Sequence record: OZ035819.1
Reading direction: 5' to 3' (one strand)
Length of the DNA stretch: 43,420 nucleotides
Source: Kagunavirus LM02P1
In this document: positions 26,347-35,505 of the stretch, in pieces
Position numbering within the stretch: the first letter of the stretch is position 1
Layout of the letters: every line of letters starts with the position of its first letter
Notes under the pieces: generated by a model
Seen by the model: only the letters and a program-made list of their open reading frames with translations
What the model was told of the DNA's origin: nothing
The model's database searches: none
Made by a program: the position numbers and the translations under genes

Positions 26347-28609
26347 AGCGGTACACCTCTTCCCCAGCCCATGTTAACGGGAACCCTTCAGCCCATTCAG
26401 GTAATGCGCATAGCAGGTCACCCATCTCTTTAACCGTGTACTCCGGCGTATCTGGCGTTTCAGCCACACATTCGTCGTGTACGTGGAGCACAATCGGGTA
26501 GCCCGCCGCCTCGACCGTCAGGAGTCCGTTAACTAGTAAGTCACGGCACAACGCCTGGATGATGTTTTCACACAATTTTCCGCCGTGGGTGTACAAAGTT
26601 GTCCACTGGCGGGTGGTCTGATTCTCACCCTGGTACTTGATGCGGACGTTAGTAGTGACACGCCCATCCTCGTCAGTTTCTTTAGTAACGCTCAGACCTA
26701 TGCCGGGGTATGACATGATGCGCCCCGACGGCAGTTCCACGCACAACCACCAACCCGGCACAAAGTTACCCTGTCTGTCTTTCTCTTTAGTACGCCAGAT
26801 GCGGATGGCTCTGTCGCCGTTAAGGCGTACTCGGGCCCCCGCCCAAAACTCTCGTCCCGGATTTCTAATGGCGGCTATCACCGAATCCTTAAGGTCATTC
26901 CAGAATTTCACTGTTTCCGGATGGGCTTCCCGCCACATGCGCTTAATGGCGTCACAGGTGCGCCAGACTTCTTTAGGCAGCACATAAGAGGCCCGTTCAT
27001 CTTTTTTACCAGGCTTTGGCGGGCGTTTAGCCTCCTGAATTCTGGCCCATTCGTAGCCACGGGCGGTAGCCGCCCAAATGTGGTCGGGGAACGTGCCCCG
27101 CATTGTCTCTGTCATTTTAAAGAGGTCCAGCCCGTAAGTTTTAGCCATAGTCATAAAAGCCCCTACGCCCCCCTCGTAGCCGAGGCCGAGTTCGCAACAT
27201 TTCCCGACCTGACGTAGGTCCTTACGGGTGGCTTTTAGTTCTACGGGGTCCATGCCGAACATCTTACCAGCTGTGGCGCAATAGATATCAATCCCCGCGC
27301 GGAACGTCTCAAGGGCGGACGTCTCCCCCGCCGTCCAGGCTAGCCCGCGCCCTTCCACGTTTGAGTAGTCGGCAACGAGCAACTTATTACCTTTTTCCGG
27401 GATGATGCAACTGCGGACAGTCGAGGCCGTTAGTTTAGACACATCGAAACGGCGATGCGCCCGGCCCTTTAAAAGCAAATTGATGCCAAATGATAGCGGG
27501 TTAAGCCTGCGGTTCCAGTCTTCGTCGGACTCCCACGGCTGGCGCACAAGTTTCTTTTCCTCGTTAGTCGGGTCGTCGTGGTAGTACCCGCGCGACAGGT
27601 TCTGCGGTTGGAACCCTTTACCCGCAAATCGTAAAGTGCGCTTTGCCCCACCGTACTGGATGCAACCGCGGCGGCGGCCGTCTTTGGACCGTCCTAGCAG
27701 GAGCGGTTTGTATTTTGTCGACGCCGTGGAGGCCGCGCCGAGGCGCATCTCAATGATTGTGCGCGCATCGTCAGGTAAGTCGTCGTCCTCTAGCAAACCT
27801 TCGAGCGTTGCTTTCTGTGCATTATAGATATTGTAGGCCGGTGCCAGCTCCCGAAGGATTGGCAGGAAGTCTTTACCCGTTAGCTTCCCGCCAAATTTAG
27901 CCCTGGCCTCGTTTTTTAGCTCTTGCTTGTGGCGTTCAACTGCTGCTACCGCCGCCTCAGCAAGAGCCGCATCAACAAAGAAGCCTCGGTCGTTGATTAA
28001 CTGGTCAAGTTCAAGTACACGGTCCTCGAAATCGGAGTTACCCCAACGTGGCAGCTTATGGAAGACTTCACGCATCGCTGTGATGTCGCTCACGGCGTAC
28101 TTGATGAACAGCGCCCACTCGTCCGGGTGCGTCTCCGCGGTGTAGCGGCGGATTTTGTAGTTCTTCGGCGTCGGTTTAGAAAAACGCTGAATCAGCGCCT
28201 TACCGCGTTTGTCTTTCGCATTGTCCGCAGATACGCCCAACACTTCGCACAATGCGTCAAGTGAACCCGGCAGCGCGTGACGAAACGCCCAAATCATCGT
28301 ATCAATGGTGTTGCTTACCGGAATATCAAAGCCCCAGCAGTGCTTCATGATGAGTCTGTCGAACATTGAGCCGTTGTGCCACACCATCTTAATGCGACTG
28401 TTAGGCTTAACCAGACGGCGTAACGCGCGGTGCAAATCCCCCGGCATGTCGCTGCCGTTGGTGCAATCCCACACCTGCACAGGCTCGTCGTCAAAAGCGT
28501 ATGTACAGATAAGGACTTCTGTGGTTGGGTGTTCGGCGTAAGCGTAGGAGCCGACTTTCTTTAAATCGGCTTCGGAGAATGTTTCAAAGTCAAGGTATAA
28601 GTAGCTCAT
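26336..28609 (-). CDS. family A DNA polymerase with 3'-5' exonuclease domain
   Basis: Exo I YLDFETFS; Pol motif A LLVADYSNVEGR, motif B RQVGKCCELGLGYEGG, motif C VLHVHDE; ATG at 28609 with AGGAAA RBS preferred over TTG at 28663. Confidence 0.85.
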   Translation of the reverse strand: MSYLYLDFETFSEADLKKVGSYAYAEHPTTEVLICTYAFDDEPVQVWDCTNGSDMPGDLHRALRRLVKPNSRIKMVWHNGSMFDRLIMKHCWGFDIPVSNTIDTMIWAFRHALPGSLDALCEVLGVSADNAKDKRGKALIQRFSKPTPKNYKIRRYTAETHPDEWALFIKYAVSDITAMREVFHKLPRWGNSDFEDRVLELDQLINDRGFFVDAALAEAAVAAVERHKQELKNEARAKFGGKLTGKDFLPILRELAPAYNIYNAQKATLEGLLEDDDLPDDARTIIEMRLGAASTASTKYKPLLLGRSKDGRRRGCIQYGGAKRTLRFAGKGFQPQNLSRGYYHDDPTNEEKKLVRQPWESDEDWNRRLNPLSFGINLLLKGRAHRRFDVSKLTASTVRSCIIPEKGNKLLVADYSNVEGRGLAWTAGETSALETFRAGIDIYCATAGKMFGMDPVELKATRKDLRQVGKCCELGLGYEGGVGAFMTMAKTYGLDLFKMTETMRGTFPDHIWAATARGYEWARIQEAKRPPKPGKKDERASYVLPKEVWRTCDAIKRMWREAHPETVKFWNDLKDSVIAAIRNPGREFWAGARVRLNGDRAIRIWRTKEKDRQGNFVPGWWLCVELPSGRIMSYPGIGLSVTKETDEDGRVTTNVRIKYQGENQTTRQWTTLYTHGGKLCENIIQALCRDLLVNGLLTVEAAGYPIVLHVHDECVAETPDTPEYTVKEMGDLLCALPEWAEGFPLTWAGEEVYRYAK

Positions 28610-28761
28610 TTCTTTTTCCTTAAATCTAGTGCCTTCGTTTCGCTGAGTCTTATTTTCATACAATCACGGCAAATCCACACATGCCGGTATCCGGCCCGGT
28701 ACTTATCCGCGTACCACGGAAGAGGTTTCATATAGCGATAAACGTGCTTACAGAAAAACAT
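28606..28761 (-). CDS. small Cys/His-containing protein (51 aa)
   Basis: ATG at 28761; CKH...CRDC; stop TGA overlaps the polymerase ATG (ATGA coupling); coordinates checked by hand translation. Confidence 0.3.
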   Translation of the reverse strand: MFFCKHVYRYMKPLPWYADKYRAGYRHVWICRDCMKIRLSETKALDLRKKK

Positions 28762-28777
28762 TATTTTCGACCCTTAG

Positions 28778-28801
28778 TAAAAAGGCCCAATGAAGGGCCT
28801 T
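28778..28801 (-). terminator. intrinsic terminator after SSB gene
   Basis: Hairpin AGGCCC-ttcatt-GGGCCT followed by TTTTT on minus strand. Confidence 0.55.
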
Positions 28802-28820
28802 AGTTAAATTGATTCAGATA

Positions 28821-29447
28821 TTAACGGCGGCGACGTTCGCGGCGCGGTGCGTCATCTTCTTCGTCGTCTTCCAGGTCATTGACGCTTGCAGCGACTTTAG
28901 AACCGCCAAACGCTTTACCTTCGCCGACGTATTTAATCGCCAACAGGTTAACTCCGAGGACTTTGTATTTCTGGCTGAACCAGATTTCTACGCTTACGTT
29001 AGCAACGCAGCCGCTGTAAACCTGTTCGCCTTCAATCTGTTCGCCGTCTACGTTGAAGTCCTGCTCTACCTGAGTCTCACCTTTTTTAGAGGTTACAATC
29101 AGTGGCTGTTTCTGTGCTTTCGCTTTGAAGTAGAAGCCTTCCGGGAAGTCTTCAAACGGATTGTCGCGCTCGGCAATGTCTTTAATAGCGCATTTATCCA
29201 TGTGCTTACCTTCGCCGTAGTTGGACTTCATCCATTTCTCGGCAGCAGCTGCGCCTAACGCCTCTTCAACTACAGCGTAAACCGTGTCGTAGAGTGCGTC
29301 GATTTGAGCATGGTCGGACGGCAGGATAATAGTTGCGCTGTACTGGCCTTTAGTGATTGAGCCATCATCGTTTTCACGGTCTTTTTCGCGTTCGAATACG
29401 TTAACCCAAGCAGTGTTTACTTTACGCAGATTTAATTTCAGTCCCAT
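28821..29447 (-). CDS. single-strand DNA-binding protein (DUF2815-like)
   Basis: 208 aa with acidic C-terminal tail DLEDDEEDD typical of SSB; own near-consensus promoter; adjacent to DUF2800-like nuclease. Confidence 0.55.
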   Translation of the reverse strand: MGLKLNLRKVNTAWVNVFEREKDRENDDGSITKGQYSATIILPSDHAQIDALYDTVYAVVEEALGAAAAEKWMKSNYGEGKHMDKCAIKDIAERDNPFEDFPEGFYFKAKAQKQPLIVTSKKGETQVEQDFNVDGEQIEGEQVYSGCVANVSVEIWFSQKYKVLGVNLLAIKYVGEGKAFGGSKVAASVNDLEDDEEDDAPRRERRRR

Positions 29448-29499
29448 TTGATTTCTCGCTTTTCAGTTTACTCCGGGAACTGCCCGGCCAGTGATTAGA

Positions 29500-29528
29500 A
29501 ATATAATAGCTAACTATTCAGGTGTCAA
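29500..29528 (-). promoter_or_regulatory. sigma70-type promoter TTGACA-N17-TATATT for SSB gene
   Basis: Near-consensus hexamers read on minus strand, ~50 nt upstream of the ATG at 29447. Confidence 0.6.
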
Positions 29529-29791
29529 CCCTTCCATCCAGTTATTTTCTCAACTATCAATACGTATTCGAAAGGCCACTCCAAATTCTGCACCCATTTA
29601 ATTTCCTTCGTCTGGTCCAGTTGCTCGGGGTCTACCGTTTCATACTTAATCGCAACGTAGACCGTTAGTGGAAGAAGGATAATTAGAAGCGGCACTAACA
29701 TTGCCCAGTAACAAACAAATGCCACAAACCCGCCAAATACCCTGAACGTTTTACGAATCATTTCAAATCCTCCTCTGTTACCCGATTCCAC
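29525..29791 (-). CDS. small membrane protein
   Basis: Hydrophobic segment FVAFVCYWAMLVPLLIILLPLTVYVAI; start uncertain (overlaps nuclease gene end). Confidence 0.35.
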   Translation of the reverse strand: MESGNRGGFEMIRKTFRVFGGFVAFVCYWAMLVPLLIILLPLTVYVAIKYETVDPEQLDQTKEIKWVQNLEWPFEYVLIVEKITGWKG

Positions 29792-30999
29792 TCAGGCCGT
29801 TTGTCGTCTGCCGTTGCAACGCATGGTGCGCCTGGCTTACGGGTGATGAAGTCTTTCAGTTCTTCTTCCGGTATTACTTTAACCGCTTCGGTAGGGGTCA
29901 TGAGCACTTCTTTAGTCAGCTTGTCGCCGTAGAGTTCTGCCACTTTCTCTGCGTCTTTCCACGCACGATTACCCGGCCTGCCTTCAACCAACTTGTACCC
30001 CGGCACTTTCTTACCGGAATGCAAAGCGGCGGCCATAGCTTTCTCAACCTTGTCGATGTGCTGGCGCAACAACGGCAACTTCTCATACTCAGATACGAGT
30101 TGCTCCGGCGTAAGTTCCAGTGCAAAGTCATCTTCCAGTTCTCCGGCCAGTACCGAATTAACGGTTTTTGTACGCGCGGCGCACTGTTCAGAGAACCGGC
30201 ACCACTGACAGCCATCGACCGACGGCCTGAAGTCCGACGCCTTCAGGTTCTTCTTACCGCGGAAATAGGCATCAAGAGCCAACAGCGCGCGTTTCTGGGC
30301 AAACTTAGCGAACAGCTCCAGCCCCTCAGCCGAGATGTCCCACTCCGACGCGCCACCCGCGTACGGCTGGAAGATAACCAGGCGAACTGTTGTTATGTGA
30401 TAACGTCTCTTGAGTCGGCGATAAACACCGAGAGCATAGAGCATAAGCTGTTTGTTTTCTTTCGCTTCGACACGATGCCGCCCTGTTTTAAGGTCGCCAA
30501 TAATTAGCATGTGCTCGTCTGTGTTCGCCAGCTCCTGGACGGCAACAAGGTCGGCGGTTCCGAATGTCTCGACGCCTTCGTAACCTGGATGCAGCACCTC
30601 AGTAAGATTGACGCGCATCTCCAGTTTTGCGTAAGTAGCCACGTCGATAATCGCTTTGCAGTAGTCGGTGTACTTTGTACACTGGTCAATCATGTCCGCC
30701 GTAATAAGTACCGCGCCTTTCATCGGACTGATTAGCGCCTTAATCTGGCCTTTACCCTCATCCAGTACATATGCACCTACTTCACGTGCTAACGGTAGCG
30801 CAGTTCCGCGGATATAGGCATTTAGGTGCACTTCTGCGATTGTATGACATGCGGTCCCTGTAACGGCAGCTTTACCCGATTCGTTAGGAATGTCTTTTTC
30901 ACACGCCAGTGATGCGGCACAGGTAAGCCACTTTTTAGCACCTGATGGCGACAGTAAGGCGTGCACATCGTTATTGCCGCCGCGTTCTTTTAAAATCAT
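29758..30999 (-). CDS. PD-(D/E)XK nuclease, DUF2800/Cas4-like
   Basis: 413 aa; N-terminal LSPSGAKKWLTCAAS motif as I recall for this family; sits between SSB and primase as in many phage replication modules. Confidence 0.55.
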   Translation of the reverse strand: MILKERGGNNDVHALLSPSGAKKWLTCAASLACEKDIPNESGKAAVTGTACHTIAEVHLNAYIRGTALPLAREVGAYVLDEGKGQIKALISPMKGAVLITADMIDQCTKYTDYCKAIIDVATYAKLEMRVNLTEVLHPGYEGVETFGTADLVAVQELANTDEHMLIIGDLKTGRHRVEAKENKQLMLYALGVYRRLKRRYHITTVRLVIFQPYAGGASEWDISAEGLELFAKFAQKRALLALDAYFRGKKNLKASDFRPSVDGCQWCRFSEQCAARTKTVNSVLAGELEDDFALELTPEQLVSEYEKLPLLRQHIDKVEKAMAAALHSGKKVPGYKLVEGRPGNRAWKDAEKVAELYGDKLTKEVLMTPTEAVKVIPEEELKDFITRKPGAPCVATADDKRPEWNRVTEEDLK

Positions 31000-31493
31000 T
31001 TCTCGGCTCCGTTAACTGTAAACCCGTATTTAATTTCGGCTTGCCTACGAGCCTTAGCCGCGTTCTCTAACCTATCGTAAGCACCTAAATAAATTGGCGC
31101 CCCATCTACATAAATTCTGGCGACCCACTTACCAGAGCGTTTATGAAACCCAACGCCTTTAACACCTGAAGCATTGTCAGTCCGTATTTTGGTGCCGTGG
31201 GCGATACTACCTCGTCGCATTTTTATAAGATTTTCTATTCTGTTATCAGTTCTATCTTTATTTGCGTGGCGAATTACTTCCCCTGGCGCTATCTCCCCAT
31301 TAAACATCTCCCAAACCACGTGGTGGATAAGTTTAGTAACCCCGTTAAAACGTAGTATTTTGAATTCACTTCCGTCGTTATCCACCCTCACACTCCCAGC
31401 TTCTTGGCCTATTTTTACCGATTTTGATGGTCTTATCTTCCAATACAATTTCCCTGTGACAGGGTCGTAGTCAAACAGTTCATGCCAATTCAT
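30996..31493 (-). CDS. HNH homing endonuclease with C-terminal AP2 DNA-binding domain
   Basis: HNH region HHVVWEMFNG...IRHANKDRTDNRIENL; AP2-like region GVKGVGFHKRSGKWVARIYVDG; ATG at 31493 with GGGAGG RBS; locally AT-rich by eye. Confidence 0.7.
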   Translation of the reverse strand: MNWHELFDYDPVTGKLYWKIRPSKSVKIGQEAGSVRVDNDGSEFKILRFNGVTKLIHHVVWEMFNGEIAPGEVIRHANKDRTDNRIENLIKMRRGSIAHGTKIRTDNASGVKGVGFHKRSGKWVARIYVDGAPIYLGAYDRLENAAKARRQAEIKYGFTVNGAEK

Positions 31494-31762
31494 ACCCTGA
31501 CCTCCCACTGGTCGATTAAATGCCGTGTCTTATGGTCACAATGCATCGCCCAGCTATACATCGACTCGAAGACATAAAAGTCACTTTTAACGAAAGTCGT
31601 GCGCTTAATCTGCGACAGGTGACGGCCTATATCTTTCGGCTTTGGTACTTTGCCTAAGAACGCCATCTCTTCCATCTGGTGCGCACCCGACGGCGCACGT
31701 AACAGCCACAACACCTCTGTGTTATCCCGGCGGTCGATGCCGCGGTAGAGTTGGTAAATCAT
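31490..31762 (-). CDS. hypothetical protein (90 aa)
   Basis: Stop overlaps HNH start (ATGA coupling). Confidence 0.4.
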   Translation of the reverse strand: MIYQLYRGIDRRDNTEVLWLLRAPSGAHQMEEMAFLGKVPKPKDIGRHLSQIKRTTFVKSDFYVFESMYSWAMHCDHKTRHLIDQWEVRV

Positions 31763-31804
31763 ATTCCGGCCCTCTGTTAAAGCGGCCCGAAGGCCGCAGG
31801 TAAA

Positions 31805-32317
31805 TTATTCTTCTTCGAAATACTTGTTCTTAATCGCCGTCAGACGTTCCAGGTATTCAGCCAGGTCTTCGTCTTTAATCGCGGCAATCTTCATCTTCTT
31901 GCCGGTGAACTCTTCCAGCAGTTCATCGGAATCGTCACACGCGGCATCGCTCGGACCCTCGTTAATCGCATCGTCGATAGCCTGAATCTGGTCGCGCAGA
32001 GACTGGTAATCGACTTCTTCCGGCTCTGGCGTCGGCGCATCTACAGGTTTAGGGGCTGGTTTTGATTTGCCAGGCTTGCGTTTAGGCTTTTCTTCTTCTG
32101 CCGGTTTAGTGTCAACGAGGTCTTCACCTTCAACCGGGATTTCTTTCCCGATGCCAGTGCCTGGGTCGACTTCAAGCACCTCTCCAGTAACCGATACATC
32201 TACAAGCATTTCACCTACATGCTCAGTTGGCGGCACCGGTCGTTTCGCGCTATTCGCAGCAATCAGTTCATGCGCAACTACGAAACGTTCCAGTAATTTT
32301 AAAAATTGGTCTAACAT
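31805..32317 (-). CDS. acidic hypothetical protein (170 aa)
   Basis: ATG at 32317; Pro/Lys-rich linker and strongly acidic C-terminal half; preceded by conserved leader and promoter. Confidence 0.45.
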   Translation of the reverse strand: MLDQFLKLLERFVVAHELIAANSAKRPVPPTEHVGEMLVDVSVTGEVLEVDPGTGIGKEIPVEGEDLVDTKPAEEEKPKRKPGKSKPAPKPVDAPTPEPEEVDYQSLRDQIQAIDDAINEGPSDAACDDSDELLEEFTGKKMKIAAIKDEDLAEYLERLTAIKNKYFEEE

Positions 32318-32348
32318 TTGTTTCTCTCCTCTCGTTTGGTATGGGCTA

Positions 32349-32378
32349 ACTATAATAGCTAACTATTCATGATGTCAA
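32349..32378 (-). promoter_or_regulatory. sigma70-type promoter TTGACA-N18-TATAGT for 31805..32317
   Basis: Read on minus strand; leader 32318-32348 shares 15-nt AAACGAGAGGAGAGA with the leader at 37094-37122. Confidence 0.5.
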
Positions 32379-32442
32379 TGGGCTTTTCTAAAATAATTAA
32401 TATGGTACTATTCACATATCAACTAACTAAGGAGTAATTGAC

Positions 32443-32658
32443 ATGCAACCATCTGAACTAGGCATCCGTGTAGAGCAACGCCGCAAAGAACTCGGCATCT
32501 CCCAGCGCCGTCTGGCTGTCCTGGCCGGTGTTTCTCAGGGAGCGATTAACCAGCTGGCACTTGGAGTAACTCAGGACGTCCGACCGGCGACGCTGTTTAA
32601 ACTGGCGGAAGTGCTGGAAGTAGACGCCAAGTGGCTGGCGTTCGGTGAAGGGGCTTAA
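32443..32658 (+). CDS. XRE-family helix-turn-helix transcriptional regulator
   Basis: 71 aa; HTH LGISQRRLAVLAGVSQGAINQLALG; RBS AAGGAG; only + strand gene inside the - strand replication module. Confidence 0.7.
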   Translation: MQPSELGIRVEQRRKELGISQRRLAVLAGVSQGAINQLALGVTQDVRPATLFKLAEVLEVDAKWLAFGEGA

Positions 32659-32673
32659 CGCCCCTTTCTTTTT
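32648..32673. terminator. bidirectional intrinsic terminator
   Basis: Hairpin AGGGGC-ttaac-GCCCCT followed by TTCTTTTT; overlaps XRE stop; primase stop at 32676. Confidence 0.6.
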
Positions 32674-32675
32674 AT

Positions 32676-34943
32676 CTATTCCAAATCTTCCTCTGTCACT
32701 GTCAGCATTTCATTCGGTTCGTATATTGTCTTCGGAATCTTGTTATCCGTTATTCGGGTGTTCAGCCTGTAACGGCCTGGAATTATCTGATTGTTTTCGT
32801 CGGTCCCTGGCACAAGATAACCCGCCTCAACCATTTTCTTAATCTTCCCACGTTCTATGGCTTCTTTGGAGTTAAACGCCTTTGCGTTAGGGTCGGACTG
32901 TGCGAGCTTATTTGCCGCAGCTACTGTGATACCTTCGTTGCCATTGTAGGTTCCTTCCGCCAGTTCAAACGCCGCCAGTATCGTGGCCTCCGAACTGTTG
33001 ACGGCGTTCTCTACGGTTTTACGTACGTTTTCTTTACCTTCCTTTGTCAGCCCTTCTTCCCGCTCTTTCTCCTCATCGGTCTTGAATGGCTCGAATCCCC
33101 AAGGCATCAATACAAGCGCCTTGTGCGGTTCAGGCAGGTCGAGGTTTACGATTGTGCCGTATTCCTCGGTGGAACCGAGGAACTCAACCGCGCGGTACTC
33201 TTTCGGCGGAGGTGCTTCACGGAACTGTACCGACTCCAGCACCATGCCAACCGTCTTCTGTTGGGGGCCGTGCTTAAATTTCGAGTGGTATACGTTTATC
33301 TGACGGTCGGTTGCACGTTCGATTGTCAGTTCCACGTCGACACCCGCATACAGCGCCCCGCTGCCACGGGCTTTCTTTCCGCCCTTCGGGGTATGGTGGA
33401 CAACGCCTACCGCAGCTTTAGTCGCGTCGCGTACTTCTTTCAGGATGGCGATAACTTTACCCATACCGATCGCCGTTGATGAACTGTTCTCGTCGAACTT
33501 ATCAATCGTCAGGGCCAGCGTCTGGTTGAGTGTGTCGAACGCAACCATACCAATTGGCTCGTCGCCTGCAGTTTCGCGCATCAACTTAATCAGGTTTTTC
33601 AGTTTGCCGACTTCGCCCATGTCGATGACATGTACGTAATCTTTACCTTCCTCGCCATATTTAGCGGCTAGTGCATCAATACGGGTGCGTGTAGCGGCAC
33701 CGCCCTCGCCATCGATATAGAAATGGTGGCAACGCTGGGTATCCGCCCCCGCAAACCGGTATCCGGCGGCGCTGAGGTACATCATCCCCAGCGTATAGAA
33801 CGATTTGTACGTACCTGATTCCCCGACAATATCCCAGATACAATCTGACGGCATGTACCCTTCAACGACGAAATCCGCCTTTACTGGTTCTGGTAGCTCG
33901 TCCTCCTCTGAGTCATCATTGTCTTCCAGGTCGTCGAGGCTGCATGAAACTGATTCACGCGCACCCCAGCCGATAGCCTCTGCGACTTCACTGAATGGCA
34001 GCCCTGTAGCGTCACACGCATACTTCCACACCTCTTTCGGCGACATGCCCTCGGTTGCCGTGATGTCGGTGTCGTGAATCATGGTTACGTTAGGCGCTTC
34101 GTATCCCTCGCGCGGGAAGCACAACAGGAAGTCGTCCGGGCGTGGAGTCGGGTCGCTATAGTTTTCGGCGTGTTCTGGTGTGGCGGGCATCTTAAGGCCG
34201 CGTGGCGTCAAGATGCCGCCGTGCTCGAAGGCCAGTGCTTCAAACGCATCGGTAAACGCAGTGCGCAGTTCTTCCGGTATCTGGTAATCCGATGCGCTGC
34301 TCACCTCGTAATCCGGGATGCCTTCCAGTAACTCGCCGGGGTCAATCAGGTCATTGCGGCGCGACCAGATAACCTGAGAGCCAACCGGCGGCAGGTACAT
34401 CGGCTGGGACAGAGTAAACCCGCTGCGGTCCGCGCCCATGCCTTTGAAGAAGTGCTCCAGCAACCCGTGACGTACGCGGATGATGTCACCGCCTTCGACC
34501 GGGCGGGCCAGCGGCATGACGACGCGAAAGCGTGGAGACTCATCGGTATGGGATGCCGTGGTGTAAACGCACATGGCTTTACGGCCTCGCTTAACCAGGC
34601 GCACTGCTTCCTGGTACTCTTCCGGCGTTGCGCTGTCGAAGTCAAGATACGCCAGTGACGATTTGGTTACAGACGCGTCACAGCGATAGAAGAAGCCTTT
34701 ACGCGCATGCTTAAAGTCACCTGTTTCCGGGTCTTTTACGGTGCTGTGCGTTGAGTCGCACGCGGCAGTGATATACCCCGGCGCTGTCTTAGGGTTAATC
34801 CCGTCATGAACAGCATCAAGCGGCTGGATTAACTCTTTCAGGTCGTCCAGTGTTGCCGTATGTGTGGTTCTGACGTTTATATCCTTTTTCTCCGCCCGCG
34901 CGTTGCGACGGGACCACGAGTAGGATAAAATTACATCGGACAT
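32676..34943 (-). CDS. bifunctional primase-polymerase (AEP) / P-loop helicase
   Basis: 755 aa; AEP motifs AYLDFD and TTASHTDESPRFRVVMP; C-terminal Walker A GESGTYKS, Walker B-like MVAFD. Confidence 0.75.
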   Translation of the reverse strand: MSDVILSYSWSRRNARAEKKDINVRTTHTATLDDLKELIQPLDAVHDGINPKTAPGYITAACDSTHSTVKDPETGDFKHARKGFFYRCDASVTKSSLAYLDFDSATPEEYQEAVRLVKRGRKAMCVYTTASHTDESPRFRVVMPLARPVEGGDIIRVRHGLLEHFFKGMGADRSGFTLSQPMYLPPVGSQVIWSRRNDLIDPGELLEGIPDYEVSSASDYQIPEELRTAFTDAFEALAFEHGGILTPRGLKMPATPEHAENYSDPTPRPDDFLLCFPREGYEAPNVTMIHDTDITATEGMSPKEVWKYACDATGLPFSEVAEAIGWGARESVSCSLDDLEDNDDSEEDELPEPVKADFVVEGYMPSDCIWDIVGESGTYKSFYTLGMMYLSAAGYRFAGADTQRCHHFYIDGEGGAATRTRIDALAAKYGEEGKDYVHVIDMGEVGKLKNLIKLMRETAGDEPIGMVAFDTLNQTLALTIDKFDENSSSTAIGMGKVIAILKEVRDATKAAVGVVHHTPKGGKKARGSGALYAGVDVELTIERATDRQINVYHSKFKHGPQQKTVGMVLESVQFREAPPPKEYRAVEFLGSTEEYGTIVNLDLPEPHKALVLMPWGFEPFKTDEEKEREEGLTKEGKENVRKTVENAVNSSEATILAAFELAEGTYNGNEGITVAAANKLAQSDPNAKAFNSKEAIERGKIKKMVEAGYLVPGTDENNQIIPGRYRLNTRITDNKIPKTIYEPNEMLTVTEEDLE

Positions 34944-35002
34944 ATTGTATATTCCTTCAGCAAGTAATTTGGCCTCGGCGTTCGCCGCGTCGGGGCTTTC
35001 TT

Positions 35003-35278
35003 TTATTCCAGGTCGCGGGAGATATTACCCTCGGGGACCAACACTTTTCCAATACTTCTCGCTTTCTCTGTAATAGGCGTCGCTCTTGTTGCCCGATAAA
35101 ACTTTCCTTTATTAAGAATCTCACCATGTCGCTCGAGCACATCTAAAGCATGTTTAATCGGGCTTACACCGTAATTATCCAACCGGTATCTCCGAAGCCC
35201 GTCTACTGTAAAAGCGCCGTTCGCTTCGGTCAGTCTGCGTGCACACATTAATATGTTTTTCTGGAATTTAGTTAGCAT
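35003..35278 (-). CDS. hypothetical protein (91 aa)
   Basis: Second gene of leftward early operon. Confidence 0.4.
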   Translation of the reverse strand: MLTKFQKNILMCARRLTEANGAFTVDGLRRYRLDNYGVSPIKHALDVLERHGEILNKGKFYRATRATPITEKARSIGKVLVPEGNISRDLE

Positions 35279-35447
35279 CTTTTACGTTCTCCTTAATCCA
35301 CGCCTCCACAGTAGCGCGGTCAAACGTACCCGGCTGACGGTAGCCGTTAATAACACGACAACACTCCGGGAACTTTCCTGACCGAAGCCAGCGATTAAGA
35401 GTCATAGGGGAAACCCCGATTAAGTCTGCTACTTCTTTCTGTGTCAT
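35268..35447 (-). CDS. AlpA/excisionase-type HTH DNA-binding protein
   Basis: ATG at 35447 with RBS; motif MTQKEVADLIGVSPMTLNRWLRSGKFP. Confidence 0.55.
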   Translation of the reverse strand: MTQKEVADLIGVSPMTLNRWLRSGKFPECCRVINGYRQPGTFDRATVEAWIKENVKDAN

Positions 35448-35476
35448 TTTATGCGCCCTCTTTATCAAGTGAAACA

Positions 35477-35505
35477 ACTATAACACCTACAATAGCCAAA
35501 CACAA
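35477..35505 (-). promoter_or_regulatory. sigma70-type promoter TTGTGT-N17-TATAGT for leftward replication operon
   Basis: Hexamers with 17-nt spacer read on minus strand upstream of 35447. Confidence 0.45.

Noticed and set aside
33123-33479. Several + strand ORFs of 60-118 aa inside the primase/helicase gene (32983..34658)
   Set aside because: All antisense to a long motif-bearing CDS; no RBS, no promoter; treated as frame shadows.
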